NCBI GenBank assembly: GCA_976226885.1
Contig: OZ320321.1
Location: 55,986,001-56,050,000, forward strand
Length of the DNA: 64,000 nucleotides
Origin: Iphione sp. A-MEVVRFRX5
Lineage: Eukaryota
Direction of reading: 5' to 3'
The notes beneath the pieces were generated by a model. It was not told where the DNA came from. It made no database searches and saw nothing but the letters and a program-made list of their open reading frames with translations. This document shows, one piece after another, positions 38,450-51,999 of this stretch (within the stretch, counting starts at the first letter, position 1; every line of letters begins with the position of its first letter). The translations under genes were made by a program, and so were the position numbers.

Positions 38450-40150
38450 TCCCCTCTCCGAATAACCTCGATAGACATGACCTCAACATGCAAAGTGAGA
38501 ATAATGTTATGTAAAATGTCAGTCGTGACATACGATGAGAAGAAGATATAAGGAAGATATAAGGAAAGTGATGAGAAATACCGAATATTTAGTTTACATC
38601 AGCAGAGGGAGCTATAAACGCTCTTAGCATAGAGGCTGTGAAGCACAGGACCCCAAACTAACTGCTAGTAGCCATCCACTGGAAGGTCAGGCCATTATTG
38701 GGTGCTCTGCCCCAACCCGAATCAAATTATTCGCACACTGTGTCAATTTAGGTGCTGAAATGCCCTTCCTCTGATCATATTAGAACGGCGAATTAAATTT
38801 CCATGTAAGCAATTGTCTTGATCAAATTGATTCCGAATGATTTCTGTTTGCGGTCAGACAGGAACTACCTTCTGCTGGAATAACTTTGGTGTTCTGAAAC
38901 CAATTTTCAGTCTAGTCAGGCCAGTCCATAATTTATATCAGACTTTCAACGAAGAGGACTTTGCTGTTTCAACGACATACATATGATAAACAATTGGCAT
39001 AGAAGCTTACAGTTTACAGTTAATGAAAAAAGAATTGCAGTTTCCCACCCGACCTCAACTACATTAGACCAGGGGAAATGATAAGGGGCTGTTCACATGA
39101 ACATGTACGAGACATGGACGGAAAATACGTGTGTGGGTAACGCTCCGTGCAGTGTGTACTTAATTGTTACCATATGCTAACCAGATGAATTTCACTATAG
39201 GCTCATTATGGACTACACGTCCATAGCTATAGAAAATCCGGCCTGGATAGGTCGATCATCTTAGTCTACGGATATATAAATGTGGATATGTAAGGATACT
39301 GTGCACCTGAGCTGTATACTTGATTACTACAGGATGGTATTTATGGGTACTGAGATGTAGAAAAATAAGGACACATGTGAACAGCACCTAACAGACCTTT
39401 TGTTGAGATCAGAATTCCTTCTCTCCAAAGACATGTATCCGAGTTTGTTGCCAGGATACATGATGACAGGGTCAGCAGTGTTTGAGAATACCAAACTGTA
39501 GACATGTTTCTGCATTAAGAGTTTCCACTATACTCCCATTGATTTTCCATATGCCTTTCTTCGCTGGCAATGTATCAAATGAATGATGCTGAGAACCAAG
39601 TCCGTGCCATCTATCACAACATTGAAATCTGTGTATGCAGGGTTTTCTATCCTTTGCAAGTCAACAGTGTTGGGCCAATGTGCATTTATCCCCTAAGGGA
39701 GGGTTTCCATGCACATGTGCCTCCTTGGCTGTCGATGTGTGTTTAAGTGTATATTTTGGGGAACTGTGAATTATAGGAGGAGTGTACCCATGGTCACATG
39801 TCTGTGTTTGGCTGTGCATAGCCGTGCATGGCCATGTTTAAAAAATGGAACATATCTCATCTTCCATGGGCCATGGCCCATATTTGATGCATGTATTTTG
39901 GGAACACTTGTTATTACAAGCATGAAAACATGCTGAATACACACTTTACAGTGTGTATACAGTGATTATCAGATTAAGAGAAACATGCCCATACACATTC
40001 CCATACACACAAACATGCCAACACACATGCATGGACACCCAGCCTTAGTGATGGTTCAAGTGTTAAGGCTGGGGAGTCAAATATACATGGGTTTGCCAGC
40101 ACAACCCTGAATGATCAGCAGTATGCCAGTTGATGTATCACTCAACAGGA
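38450..40150 (-). mobile_element. Decayed Gypsy/Ty3-type LTR retrotransposon gag-pol fragment (protease, RT)
   Basis: VVIDGTDLVLSII (aspartic protease-like, ~39580-39625); VFSNTADPVIMYPGNKLG (ORF 39327..39515); FPWSNVVEV (SPW.SP.V.V, ~39050-39080); FGLGRAP..TFQWM (FGL.NAP.TFQR.M, ~38670-38722). Confidence 0.6.
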
Positions 40151-40219
40151 AAGCCACAATGAAACTTTTCATGTAGGTAAAGCAATTTATATATATATAT
40201 ATATATTTATATATATTGG

Positions 40220-41100
40220 TGTATACATCTGGAGCTTAACATCTCTCAACACTGCAGTTAGTTCCGGTACTATCACGGACACCAGACAAATCCATGTTCA
40301 TTTCACTCCAGTTTTTTTATAATAAAAGCAACACGGAGCGATTTATCATGTCTTTGAGTTAAGAACTAAATGAATATCATTAGTTTTTCCGAGAATCTTA
40401 TTGTCCAAGAAACCAGTTAAAGAAAAATATGCTTTTGTTGAAGACATCAATTACAGACCGCACAGATCAATTGAGGGGGTTTCTTTGCCTAACACATGAA
40501 ACATGTAACTGATAATGTCGTTCACGGTAACAGGACATAAAAACAATCAACGGTGACAAAGAGGTTGGTTGATAAAATGTACGGACGAATAAAGCAAGAT
40601 GTTCTTGTTGCGCAAAACAAAATTAAGAGCAGTACATTGCACACGGAGGTAGCCATGCTGGTGTGCCAGTACTTCACCGGAGAATCCACACAGGGCTTAA
40701 AGGGCTCTTGCATTCCGCGCCGTCGGAATCTTAGACGTCATTTGATGGGAGTAAAGTTATCCGGCGGCTATGGCTGGACATGGTTCGAACCACCATAACT
40801 AGAAGCATTGGGGGCCCTCACTCCGCATCGAACCGACGGTGCCTGCGCCCGACGCAGATTTGCCCATTCCCCACGCGCTCTGTGTGAAATCGGACGGGCA
40901 GTCCTGGCACTAAAACCTATCCCGCTTCACACCCAGACCGGCGTCTGCACCTCCTGCTTAGCCTTCCAATCGCTAATTTCTCGCCAGGAGGCAGGGCTGT
41001 GGCGGGGGCCATGACGAATGGGAAAGGTCAGGCTGACCAAAGGCTAGTTCCAGATGGGCCACTAGGCCTGAATAAGCAAACAGTTAAGGTATGCATGCTT
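40220..41100 (-). mobile_element. Decayed DIRS1-like YR fragment
   Basis: LLLILFCATRTSCF (ORF 40522..40713, like the DIRS1 YR Arg motif); SVRSVIDVFNKS (CPVR..Y.RT-like); SS*LKDMINRS (SRWIK-like). Confidence 0.4.
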
Positions 41101-41699
41101 GATTCGACGCCTTATCTTCTATACCGGCTTAACAGGGTAACCTGTTAGGTTGAAGTTGAGAATTGGACCTAAAATCAACTGTCATTTCTATTGTTCCATT
41201 CCTTAAGTTGCGTTGGAGCCCACCATTACTATTCTTTATTTCATGTTAGGGACATTTATCGCGGATAACGCCACTTCTTTCTCTTGCGCCCGATATATCG
41301 CATGGGAAGATAGTAAAATACACAATACATGTCCACGTGGTTGTGTTCCGTTATAATTTCAATGTTGAAGTCCAGCATTTTGTGTTCTCTGAGAATTTTG
41401 ATGGAACGCATTCTGAATTACCAATACGATTCTCATCTCGCATATACATAAATGGAAATATTGAGGAAAAGTGGGGCATTTCCAATACATTGTAAGTAGT
41501 AATATCAAGCTAGATTCTTTAGTTTATCTCAAAAGAACAAATTGTTAGAGTGATTGATGTCAGAAATACAAGTCAGCAAAAGAGTTGTCAGTAAACGGCG
41601 GACGAACATATAAATAGAAACATGTATATATTATATTTGGTTTACATATAAATATAGATGAGAAACTATCTCATTGGTTATCTTCAAGAAGGCCACCTA

Positions 41700-42600
41700 A
41701 TATTGTGATAGTTGCTATGTTCCTCCGTGGTATCTATGACGTACCTCATCTTTTAGATTTTTACTTTGATGTTACGTTTATTACATATTATCGTTTTGCA
41801 TCATATATATTATTATTGTTTATCTGGAGTATCGCATTTGCTCTATAGACATGTATATATTCCATCTTGTAGACTAGAGGACTTTTGACAGAAGTTTGTA
41901 GAAGTGTTTTTTTTAAAGTTTGCTAAAGTATATTTTGAAAATAACTTTTACATGTGTTTTTACCAGAACAAAATATTGTTGTTGTGTCCTTAGGAATATA
42001 TTATTGACAATATTGTTGGTGTCCTAGGTTTAAATGATATGTCCTTGTTGGATATCATATTATACTTACCTACAGTTAAACCATGTACAGGTAATAATCC
42101 ATTGTCAACATAATTTTATACTTATTTCAACACTCAGGTACCAATGTACAGTAGGTATCAGTCCTTTAAAGCTTATTAAGCACTGGTGATATGCAGATAT
42201 CTCATAGGTAATGGCTGGGGTACTCATTTTTGGTAGAAACTGATTTAAGAGAGTATTCTAACTTAAGTACAGTAATAATAGAGATTTTTTGACTTTACCA
42301 CTAAAGATCTTGTATAGAAGAAAGCTTTTGAGAATGGATCAATCATGCTACAATAATATCTGCAATGGGTACTGATGCTACGACAGCCTATGACAGGTTT
42401 TACATCCTGCCATTTGAAAATCAATATATACTCTGTCTTTCCAACCCCATAACACTCACTTCTAGTCGTAATTAAGATCTTGATGAAGCTATACACAGTA
42501 AAAGCTAAAGGTCTAAGGAATACAACGAGTTATAGCATTGATCTCTAAGACTATTTTAAAGGATTCTATGGCCATGTAAAGTATTCCCATAGGCCCACAG
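41700..42600 (-). mobile_element. Decayed rve-type (DDE) integrase, Polinton/Maverick-like
   Basis: ORF 42263..42496 has CRYYCSMIDPFSKAFFYTRSLVVKSKNL (Y.L..ID.FSK...PL..K). YNMISNKDISFKP downstream (~42030-42070) matches YNN..H..I...P. The sequence is locally AT-rich. Confidence 0.5.
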
Positions 42601-43419
42601 TAAAAATTATGTGATTTTTACCACGAGTACTAGTCACATGTAAACAGCGTCATTTAGCCTAATTGATACATTTCGGTGATTGGTCCATTACGGGACTCCT
42701 ATACTTTATCGTGAAACCAGTAACTTTGCACCTAGGAATATAAAGCCCATAAAGCAGTCATCAACTTTTCAATATGTTCCCAGTACTCCGGTTCACTCAT
42801 CTTCTAAATTAGTCTTCGTCTACTGTGAATACCTCGAATGTGACTGTTGTATATAGCACAAAGCCCTGTCCCCCACCCGACCCCATCTTATACCTGACTT
42901 CGTTAAACATAGGCCTCCTGTTTAACATCCAGTTAGGTATATTTTATTACCGTTTTCTCCTATGTATACAGGTCCCTTAAAGCTTGATAGTGTCATACAG
43001 GTGATCCTTTATAAATAGCGGAGTTCGCGTATACATTACTTGAATGTTTTCTTTGCTATTTCCAGATGCTGGTAATAAGGTCTGATCGTCTTTCTGCCTG
43101 TCTAAATTCAGTGGATGGATGAATTAGATTTTTTTTTACAAAATCGGAGGGGACGTTTCCGTTCAAATTCTGGAGTGTAACAATTGACCAGAAAATTCAG
43201 TTTCCAAGTCACTTCAGTATTTCTTTGGTCAGTGACTCATTTTTGTGAGAAGACTGTGAAATTGGCTGACCGAAATAGCATGGCGAAATACAGTGTGGTA
43301 TCTCCGGCTGATAGCGTTTAGTAAAGCCCCCTCCCCCAAGGTCGACATCGTCACGTGACATTTGCCATCGTCATGGGAAACTTATTTCTAGTTCGCAATC
43401 AGTAACGACCATACTATCG

Positions 43420-46400
43420 AATATATAACTTAATGTCATCATGTCGTAAATGCTGATCTAGCGCTTATTATGGAAAAGACGTTATGACAATTATACGAAA
43501 GAAAACATACGACTCATCAGCAGAATCATAAACGACATTGTCATTCGGCAGAAGTAATTACTGCAAACGTCTTCGACATACGTCACTGTTTAACCGCATG
43601 AATATGTAGACATTCTTCATCTTAAATGGAATAGAGATCTACTTAAATATTCGTAGCTCGATCACCAACGCCAAAAAAAACAACATAACTAAAGAAAAAG
43701 GGCGGCGTTCCTTAATGAGTAGAACAGTTCAAACTCTGATCGTATTACTAGACTCTTTATGAGTTATCCCCTCCATCAAATGGTAGTTAACAATAGGATC
43801 ATCCAAATCTTCGACTGAACGCCGATTCCCGCCAATCCTCTCAGCAACGACTACCTGTCCCGCCTACTCTACATCAGCCTCTATAAGCATCATGGCCCAC
43901 AAAAGAGAAAAAATGTGTAATTTACTTGACCTGAATATTAGGCAGGAGGACGTCCTTCTTCGGGTGGAAAGAGGGTCTGCATCCCCATGGTACCCATGTA
44001 CACATGTATAGGGATATGTGAAATAGTCCATGTTATAGTAGGAACAGTCTCTCTAATAACCCCTGTTTTCAGCAATAACTAGTTGCGTCAGTTTCGCTTC
44101 GAAAACGTTGAATTCACGTTTTCCATATCACGATAAATGGATGCACGCAGCTGACCGGGGGTGATTTATAGATTAACTAAAGGGAGAACGCGCGGGCGAA
44201 GAGCTTACAGAATGCGCACGATAATCCTAATCCGATTATCCCAATGGGAATCGATCTCGCTATTTTCATGTCGCATCTCAAGAAGATACATTGATTCCCA
44301 TCACTTTGCTACATTCAATAAACGCAGCACAGACCGGTCTCCCCTCTTGCACAGACATCACCCACCCGCATGCTAACACCCTTAAAATACACACACAGGG
44401 TGTAAAGGCTCTTCGAGGAGTATTTTTAAACTAATCAGGATACGTTTGGATGTTGGGTGCGGTAGGGTATTTTTTTACATTTTCTTCTCGGAACAAGACC
44501 ATAAATGAAAACCTAGCTCTACCGAATTAAATTCTCAAATACATGTATAACCTGGACTCAAAGGCAATGATCTTGTGTCAGAATTTATCTTTGCTTAATA
44601 AATTTGCTGCTTTTGTGATTATCATGCTTCGGTATTACATTCAACAATGCAGACCATCTCATCCTTTTGCTCTTTTGTGGTTTCGAAAATAATTGGGAGT
44701 GCCGTAAAGCCATTTGGCGATATAAATATATATATATATATAAACATGCAATAGCTCAGAAATAATGCCTACTTTGGCTGCATGTACCGATTGGTTATTT
44801 ACCGTTATATGACTAACTCAGGTAGCAGAGTAATTCAAAAATTGCCCGGGTCCATCGGTGGTCTTCATTGTGGGTTGCTAATGTATATCAGTACACAGAT
44901 AGTAAATATATATGCTTAGCATCATGTTCAAATTGTTATTTCATGCTAAGGTCCAGTGTTTTGAAATTCCAAGAAGGTTAGTGCAGCGCCTTCACATTTG
45001 TGAACGCCATTTTCTTCTTTGTTTTTTTTTTCTTGAGGAGGGGGGAGGGTATCAGGGTCCGAAACAGCTTGCTTCACGGATTGTTCGAGGTAAAATACAA
45101 AGTGAATTGAGATGTATTGTGTCTATCCGGACACACAGAGCAAAGTCTATCCGGAGACAGCAGTTATATCGAGACGGAGTGCACTGGACGATAGACGTAT
45201 TTCCTAATTACACTTATGATCGATATATCCCGATGGGCGAAAGACACCTAAGTAGAGATACCCACTGGGAGGTCTAATGAAATAGTTTACCGCCCACAGA
45301 GCAGCTAATAAATTCGATACAATAAACACATATCCCCTCGAGCAGCGTTGGCTATGGGTTTTATCAAAAAGATAATCATATTTTACGAACTGCTGTACAT
45401 CGGCAGAAAACTGAGGCATAAGTTTAAAAAAAAAAGCACAGCGCTTCGCCTGCATACACCCACGGAGATGATCTTTTTGTGACATCATTGATTACTCGCT
45501 TGACAGTGTTTGGTCCTCATTATGTCCCGTCCCTGGAACAAGAATCGTAAGAACAGATGTCGGGACAAAAACCGTTTTAAACTTAACTTGCAAGACAGCG
45601 AAATATCTTAAATGACACGGACTTTCAAGGCGTTTTTCTTTGTAATTAGGTAAATCCTTAATTGCGCCTGGGGTATCTCAAACCTTACTTCAGCGGGTCT
45701 TCGCTTGAGAGTGTTGAGTTGAAGTGGCTGAGAGCGGGGCGCCCCTTTTCCCCGTCGCGCAGCCTTAAAAAGGAGCGGAATTGCTTTGAGCTACGGAAAG
45801 TGATCAATTAGGAAGAACGATACGAATCAGGTAGGTCTCTTGGGTTTCTCCCCATGATGTTTAAGATGAGATGAATTCCCTGATGGTATCAGGCCTGTTT
45901 ACTAATATTTCAAGATCGATATCCCATTAACGACTTGGATATTAATCATATAACTCTTTCAAAAGACGACACCTGTATAGCTTGTACATTAACCCTGCGG
46001 TAAAAACCTTAGGGTGCGTACGCCTTGCAAGTACGCTGAAAAAAATCAATAGTTTAACAGGAGTCCATCTTTTCGATCAAAACAAGTTCGCCAGAAGACG
46101 GTCTTGCCTTTCACATTTGGCGTTCAAGACATTTAATTGTCCGCCTTAACTGGAATATAAATTATGTGTGTTGTCAGTTCAGTGCTTTCGGGCATTTTGT
46201 GTGAGGCTTTCATGAAAAATCGCACCAACTCTCCCCGTAACCTTTGACGGTCGGTATCGAAAGGCAGTCTATTGTGAGGATGTCCATACCAGCCGACCCT
46301 CTATTCGGAACCGAGAGAAAACTGTCAAGTCACGCAATGGGAATTTCCCGGCCTGTCAAAGAGAGTAAAGAAAACAGGCTATCCTGGATTGGATCTAAAT

Positions 46401-46950
46401 AGTTTTTCGGCATGCAGAATCCAGGAAAAATTATCAGTTGTCATTGAGGAAGCCAGCCATCTTAATGCTTGGGAGAAAAAAAAAACACCCCAAATTCTAG
46501 GCTCGTACCATATTCCACTTTCCGTTTCCGATCTGGCTTCGGTCCTTTCAACCTGGCTTCACGTCCACCTGTGGGCCACCTTATAGATCACGCTTCTGGG
46601 TCCTGCAAGCAGGATCGGAAGGAGAAGAAGAAACCCGCGACGGGAATAATCTTGGGTTGCGGCCGCTGGCCCCGACGTAGCGCAGGGGGTTGGGGCAGGG
46701 GAGGAGGTATCAATCGATGGGACTTGGTGTAGAGCAGCGAGTTGGGCCTGGCGGGGGGCCTTGTCGGCGCTACCGCCCGGGCGGCCTCATCCATCATTCA
46801 GCCGGCGCCATGTCGGTGCCGGACGGGGCGCCGGTCCCGCCCGTCGCCCGGAGGGTCCCCGTGTGCCGCTCAGAGAGAGAGAACGAAGGACGACTCGGCG
46901 GCGCCCGAGGACAAAGCGGCGACTGTCCTCACAGGTGGCGCGGTGCCGAC
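43420..46950 (-). mobile_element. Decayed DIRS/Ngaro-type retrotransposon (gag, RT, RNase H, YR)
   Basis: LKILVNRPDTIREFI (~45875-45920); LITKKNALKVRVI*DIS (~45600-45655); FFFKLMPQF and PSGYLYLGVF (ORF 45204..45488); LFFLALVIELR (~43650-43685); DDIKLYIR* (~43420-43445). Confidence 0.65.
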
Positions 46951-46979
46951 TCCACACAGACATATCACAGCGCAGGCAA

Positions 46980-47712
46980 ATGCTTCACAGTTGCCCCTAA
47001 TTCATTAAGCGGTTATTAGCTCATGGGTAAATAGGATAATCACCATGGAGATCTGGGGATGGTTAGCTGGGTGGGTGGGTGTTGGAGGGGGGGGGGAGAG
47101 CCCCAACTCGCAAAGGGCAGAAAGCAACGTTAGTCCACGTGGTAGCCAGGTCCAAGCCGCATTTCTTCAAGGTTGCCACTTGGTATGGCTCCGTAGAAAA
47201 GGAATTCATCTTGGAGTTGACGGACATGGTGTGTAACTGGAGAAAACACGGACATGGATTACGTCTTGGGAAAACATACATAGATGCACGGTGGACCTTT
47301 CCAAAATGATGACACGTATGTGTATACACGACAAGGAGCCCACCTGGCATGACACGAAACGGAAGGTCTAAACGGCCAGCATAGTGGGCCCAGGTCTTCT
47401 TGGGAACTGGCAACGCGGTCTCAGCCCTCTCCCTCTGGGCTGATAACCTGCTCAGAGGGGCGGCGAGCTGCTCATGGCGGGGCCTTGGCCGATCGCTGAC
47501 CTTCATCTGCCGCTTCCTTCACCGCAAAGCCCCTCACACATCTCCTTTTGGTTACCCTAAAACAGGCAAATGGAGGACTAGCGTATGCTGCATTGAGGAC
47601 AGCTAGACTGCTACCAATGGCGGCCAACCGTGTGCAAAGCTGAGCGTCTCTCTGTCTCTGTTTTTGTCTGTCCGTCTGTCTGCCTGTTTCTCTGTCTATC
47701 TCTCCCCCCACC

Positions 47713-47767
<55 letters not shown>

Positions 47768-49800
47768 CACTCGCACAAATTACAGTTTGCCTTTCTGTCA
47801 CATTGTGAATTAATGGCCAAAAGAAGCATGCTGCACCTGTGCTGCTAAAACGGAACTTCAAATGGGTTGCCAGATCGAGTTATTGTTAAGGATGCCTCTC
47901 AAAAAGATTGCAGAAGCCGAAATAATCAATATCATTCTTACACAGTGCCAACCGATGTTTTTTTTTTAGTTCTGACCTCTGTTATAAGATATGACCACAA
48001 ATCATCACGACTGCCTCAAATTAAGGTGGCTAGAGTTTCACAAAAGCCTATTGCAGATTATATTAATTTTCCTTTCTTAAGTAAACCGTTGGAAGTCATA
48101 TCCATAAGACCAGTACCTTTGACTGTTCACTACACTAAAAGTAAGACGATAATTATGGCCTCCATTCTTAGTATCATATGTATGAACAGTTGGATGGACC
48201 AACGTTTCAATGTTGAGCACTGCAAGTGATACTGTGGGGTAAAAGACGGGTAAACCAAAACCACAATGATACGTTCATTCAGCAGATTACTGCACTTCCT
48301 GCAGAGGTGAGCTTGTCAGCACCACACGCTTTAAGGTCACACTGTCAAGAACAGTGATGTCAAACGGCAGAATCAAAATTCAATTGGAGAGAGAGAAAAA
48401 AGACACCATAGGTGACTACCAAGTAAGGTTGACCCTTGGCGTCTACCGCCTACGGGCTGTGTTTCATTCGCGGAGCCACTGTTCAGATCCACGTACTGGG
48501 TTACAAACTGCAGCAATGTTGAGTGTCACACATCCGTCTTGCCTTTCGGAACGTGTGCGTCTTTGACAAAGCAGATATTGCATTTATTTAACTCTACGAC
48601 GGGGGCTATCAGTGGTGACGGTCAGTAGGGGTGTGCGAACTGACATGCTCATCACCGTGGCCATAACTGGGAGACAGATGATAAATAGGCATGACAAGAA
48701 GCTCTTCCACCCTCCTCTTCGCGTTCGCATCCGGCCAGCCCAGGACGATAACGCTCTAAAAATTGCAGAAAACGATCAGAAAAGACTAAATACCTTCTGG
48801 TCGGTTTTTGATGGTTATTGGATCATGGAACATTACGAAACACCTGTTTCGGTGCACTTTGCCGACTCGTCTTCAAATTCAATCGCTCGTATTCAAGATG
48901 ACAACATGACAGATTGGGAAAACAACAGGAAACTAAAAGGCAGTCAGAAAGGCATGAAAAAATTGGACAGAATGGTGCCTGAAAGTGTCTGTATTAACAC
49001 CTCATATGAAAACATGTTTTGTAATCAATCTACTGGACAAAGATGGAAATGACTAGCCGACCAGTTTTCATGACACTGAGATTTTATCCACACATGTATT
49101 GTGTACAGGTTACTCGAACTTAATGTAAGTTAATATGCAATACTACCGAGAATATAGTATACCTCTATATAGGCTGCTAATTTAATAGCTCACATATGGC
49201 TCTCTCTATTTTCGGTGTAGTAAGGTTCATATCCCATTAGCACAAAAGAAACAAATTATCATTCGAGTGATTTGGAACATGAACCGATCCAATGGGAAAG
49301 AGAAAAAAACCACGATTATTTGGCTTGTGTTTTGTGGGCAACGGTGCATCTTCCAAGTAAAACAGAAATGTGTCGAGGCCATGTCTGCTACAAAATAACA
49401 GTAAAGACCGAAAACAGGGACGGGGGCGAGAAAGGCGCGGCGGGGGGGGGGCGGTCGACGGAATTCATTTTCTCCAATCGCATTGCCTAGTATATGGTCG
49501 AAGCTGGGCCGAAAGATCCCGTGGGTGTGGGCATTAGAATAATACCATTATTGGCAAAGGGGGCCCGAGGAGGCCTCGGGAGCAGTCGGCTGGGCCGGCC
49601 GGGACCGGCAAGCCGATAAGGCCCACGGTCGGGCTTAGGATCTGTGAATGAGATCCAAACGGCAGCGCGGGCCGTCTCTTCCCTTCGGAAGTGGCTACTC
49701 ATTGTCGGGTACCCTCTGAGGTTTGTCCGCTGAATCCCTCATCAAAGCCCGCAGCAGCTCCTCAACCGCACTGGCCCCTCACCACTAAAGAGCCTCACAA
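46980..49800 (-). mobile_element. Decayed DIRS1-like retrotransposon (gag end, RT, RNase H, YR)
   Basis: HWIG..FVLMGYEPY (~49215-49285); VFRNVP..RRYLVF..QFLERYRPGL..HAYLSS (~48680-48860); CPCFLQL and KKCGLDL..PLRVGA (ORF 47063..47506). Confidence 0.65.
47718..47765. repeat. (TC)n microsatellite, ~24 units
   Basis: Perfect dinucleotide run. Confidence 0.98.
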
Positions 49801-49849
49801 CTCCCATCAGCGCAGATCAAGCGTTCCTTAAAGAATGCGCCCTTGTTTG

Positions 49850-51950
49850 ACTCGTCCCCGCGACCTTCCAACTACTTGTTGATGCTGTCAGTGCTGGCAG
49901 GCAACGGGGACCTAATTCCTACTCCTTTACTAAGACTATCGGCCCCAAGACCCGGTCCCACTAGTGCTCCTCAAATGTGCAAGCCTATCTGTCTTAATGG
50001 GGCATCAGACCACCGCAAACGAGTTTACATCTGAGAAGTTCGTCACTCGACGTTTGTGGAAGCAAGTGCTGGTTGCATCCCTGGCCGTGTGACAAGGTTG
50101 ATCTTTTTGACTGCTTAGATTGGATCGTGACGCCTGTTCTAAACCGAGGTGTGTGACTGGCAAGACTAGTGAGGGTCAACTGATCTGCATACATGTATAG
50201 TTAGTAGCCTTCTTAAAAAGAAGCCGACAGAGACGCATTGAAGCCAACGGAAAATAGAGAAGACATATCCATGTAGTCAGTTCTTCTTGTTACCGCCTTA
50301 TATGCTATTTTGCGGGGGTCAGACCTACAATCTATGACCAGCAGAAACCCTCGCTAGCACCATTATGAATAAAATAACACGCTATCGAATTTCTTCAACC
50401 GAAAGCAAACATTACTGAAAAGCGAAGATAAGAACCACCTGCTGTAAGATAACTAGACTCCAAACGTGGAGGATGGAAGAGGGATGGGGGGGAGGGGGTT
50501 CCGGTGGGTGGTCCTGGGATCTTTGACGTCCAGCAAACCGTCGGGCCAATCTTCATTGTGCCGCCCGGGGAGGTAGAGAGCAGTGCCAGTCTCGAGCTTT
50601 AATTGTCCGACGCCTGCCAAGTGCCGCCGAATGCATGTGTCCCCTCCCCGTGGCATGTCTCTTTGATGGCCTCATGACGCCGCTCTGTTGCGTCCCGCCT
50701 CTGGCCCGCAGCCACGTCTTCCTTGGCTGAAGCCAGTTAATATTGCCCTGCCGTCTTGCCCCACCAACAATTCTTGTCCTCTACCGCTTCGTCCCAGTTC
50801 GTCCCTGCGACGTTGCCGGGGACTGCTCTTGGCAACTGCAGATATTGTATCTACTCAATAATGTATCCATAGGAAGGACGAAAACAGGCGCGGCAAGGAA
50901 GCGAATCAATTGATGTGATCCTCTTTACTTTCGGGAAAAAAATATCCCCCAAAACAGGGAACAAGTAGCTCGAGCTTTTTATTCATGTCGCTGACGTTAA
51001 AAAGATTATTCGATTCGCAATAAAACTACTTTCATTCAGCTGCTATCGCCATGTTTAAGAGGTCCATGTATTTCCTATATGCGCATATTGTGTAGAGCAT
51101 ATATGGCGGGGCGTTATTGGTGGAGTCATTTATGGAAAAACACGGAAATGTCTCCTCATAAACAAGACGCCTAGCTCATAGACTGGTACCCTGTCCTTAC
51201 TTTCGTCCAATGAGGGCCTGGGTACCAGTCTACCTAGCTCATTGCATTCATATTCGCAATTACTTGTTGTCGAATGGCGTGAGAAGAATGGTGGTCGTTT
51301 CATTTTTAGATCATTATTGAAAAAAATAAATCATGAAACAGCCGCAAAACATCCAGTGGTTCACGTAAAGAGAACGCCAACAATTTCGAGAAATTTGAAA
51401 GTTCTTCACGTATTCATGTATGCACACTACAGACCCAAACTGAAATGCCTGACAGATCGGACAACAACCTAACACATTGCTCGAGAGAAATTGTGTGCTA
51501 AGAATGACACTTGCTTATCCAGGCAAAATTTAATCATGTTTTTCCTCAAAACTTAGATATTCAAACAGGGCGAACCCCAACTTGAACCTTTTACTGTGTC
51601 TTTTTTTTAACTTTTGAGTTTAACTCAATCTCTGAGGGTTGTGTTTATACTTACATTTGTTGCAAACGTGGCCCTTCGCATTCTTGTACGATGGATTGAA
51701 CGGCAGGTGTTGAGGGCAACCCTTGGGCAGCAGGTGCTAAAGTCAGAATTCTGGTCAGTAATATCTGTAGTGTTGCCCGTGAAATGCGCCCATTGAGGTT
51801 TGCCTTTGACCTGTTGCTGACCAGTGGGAGTAGCGCGATGTTATTTTTACCCCCGCCATACATTTCCTCGTACCTGCACTACACTAGCACAGTTTTCACA
51901 CGTTTTTCGGACTACATCGATATTATATACGACTATTATACTAAATATCT
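49850..51950 (-). mobile_element. Decayed DIRS/Ngaro-type retrotransposon (RT, RNase H, YR; gag largely absent)
   Basis: QECEGP (ORF 51651..51863); AVEDKNCWWG (~50760-50790); ASDN; LYLPGRHNEDWPDGLL (ORF 50453..50656); VTIQSKQSKRS (ORF 49994..50194). Confidence 0.55.
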
Positions 51951-51999
51951 AAATGTTTGAGGCGCAGGTAAAGACAGGCTGCATAATATTTGAAAAAAA

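Noticed and set aside
48612-49052. 146-aa plus-strand ORF as a host gene
   Set aside because: No recognisable domain, and it lies antisense to clear DIRS RT motifs.
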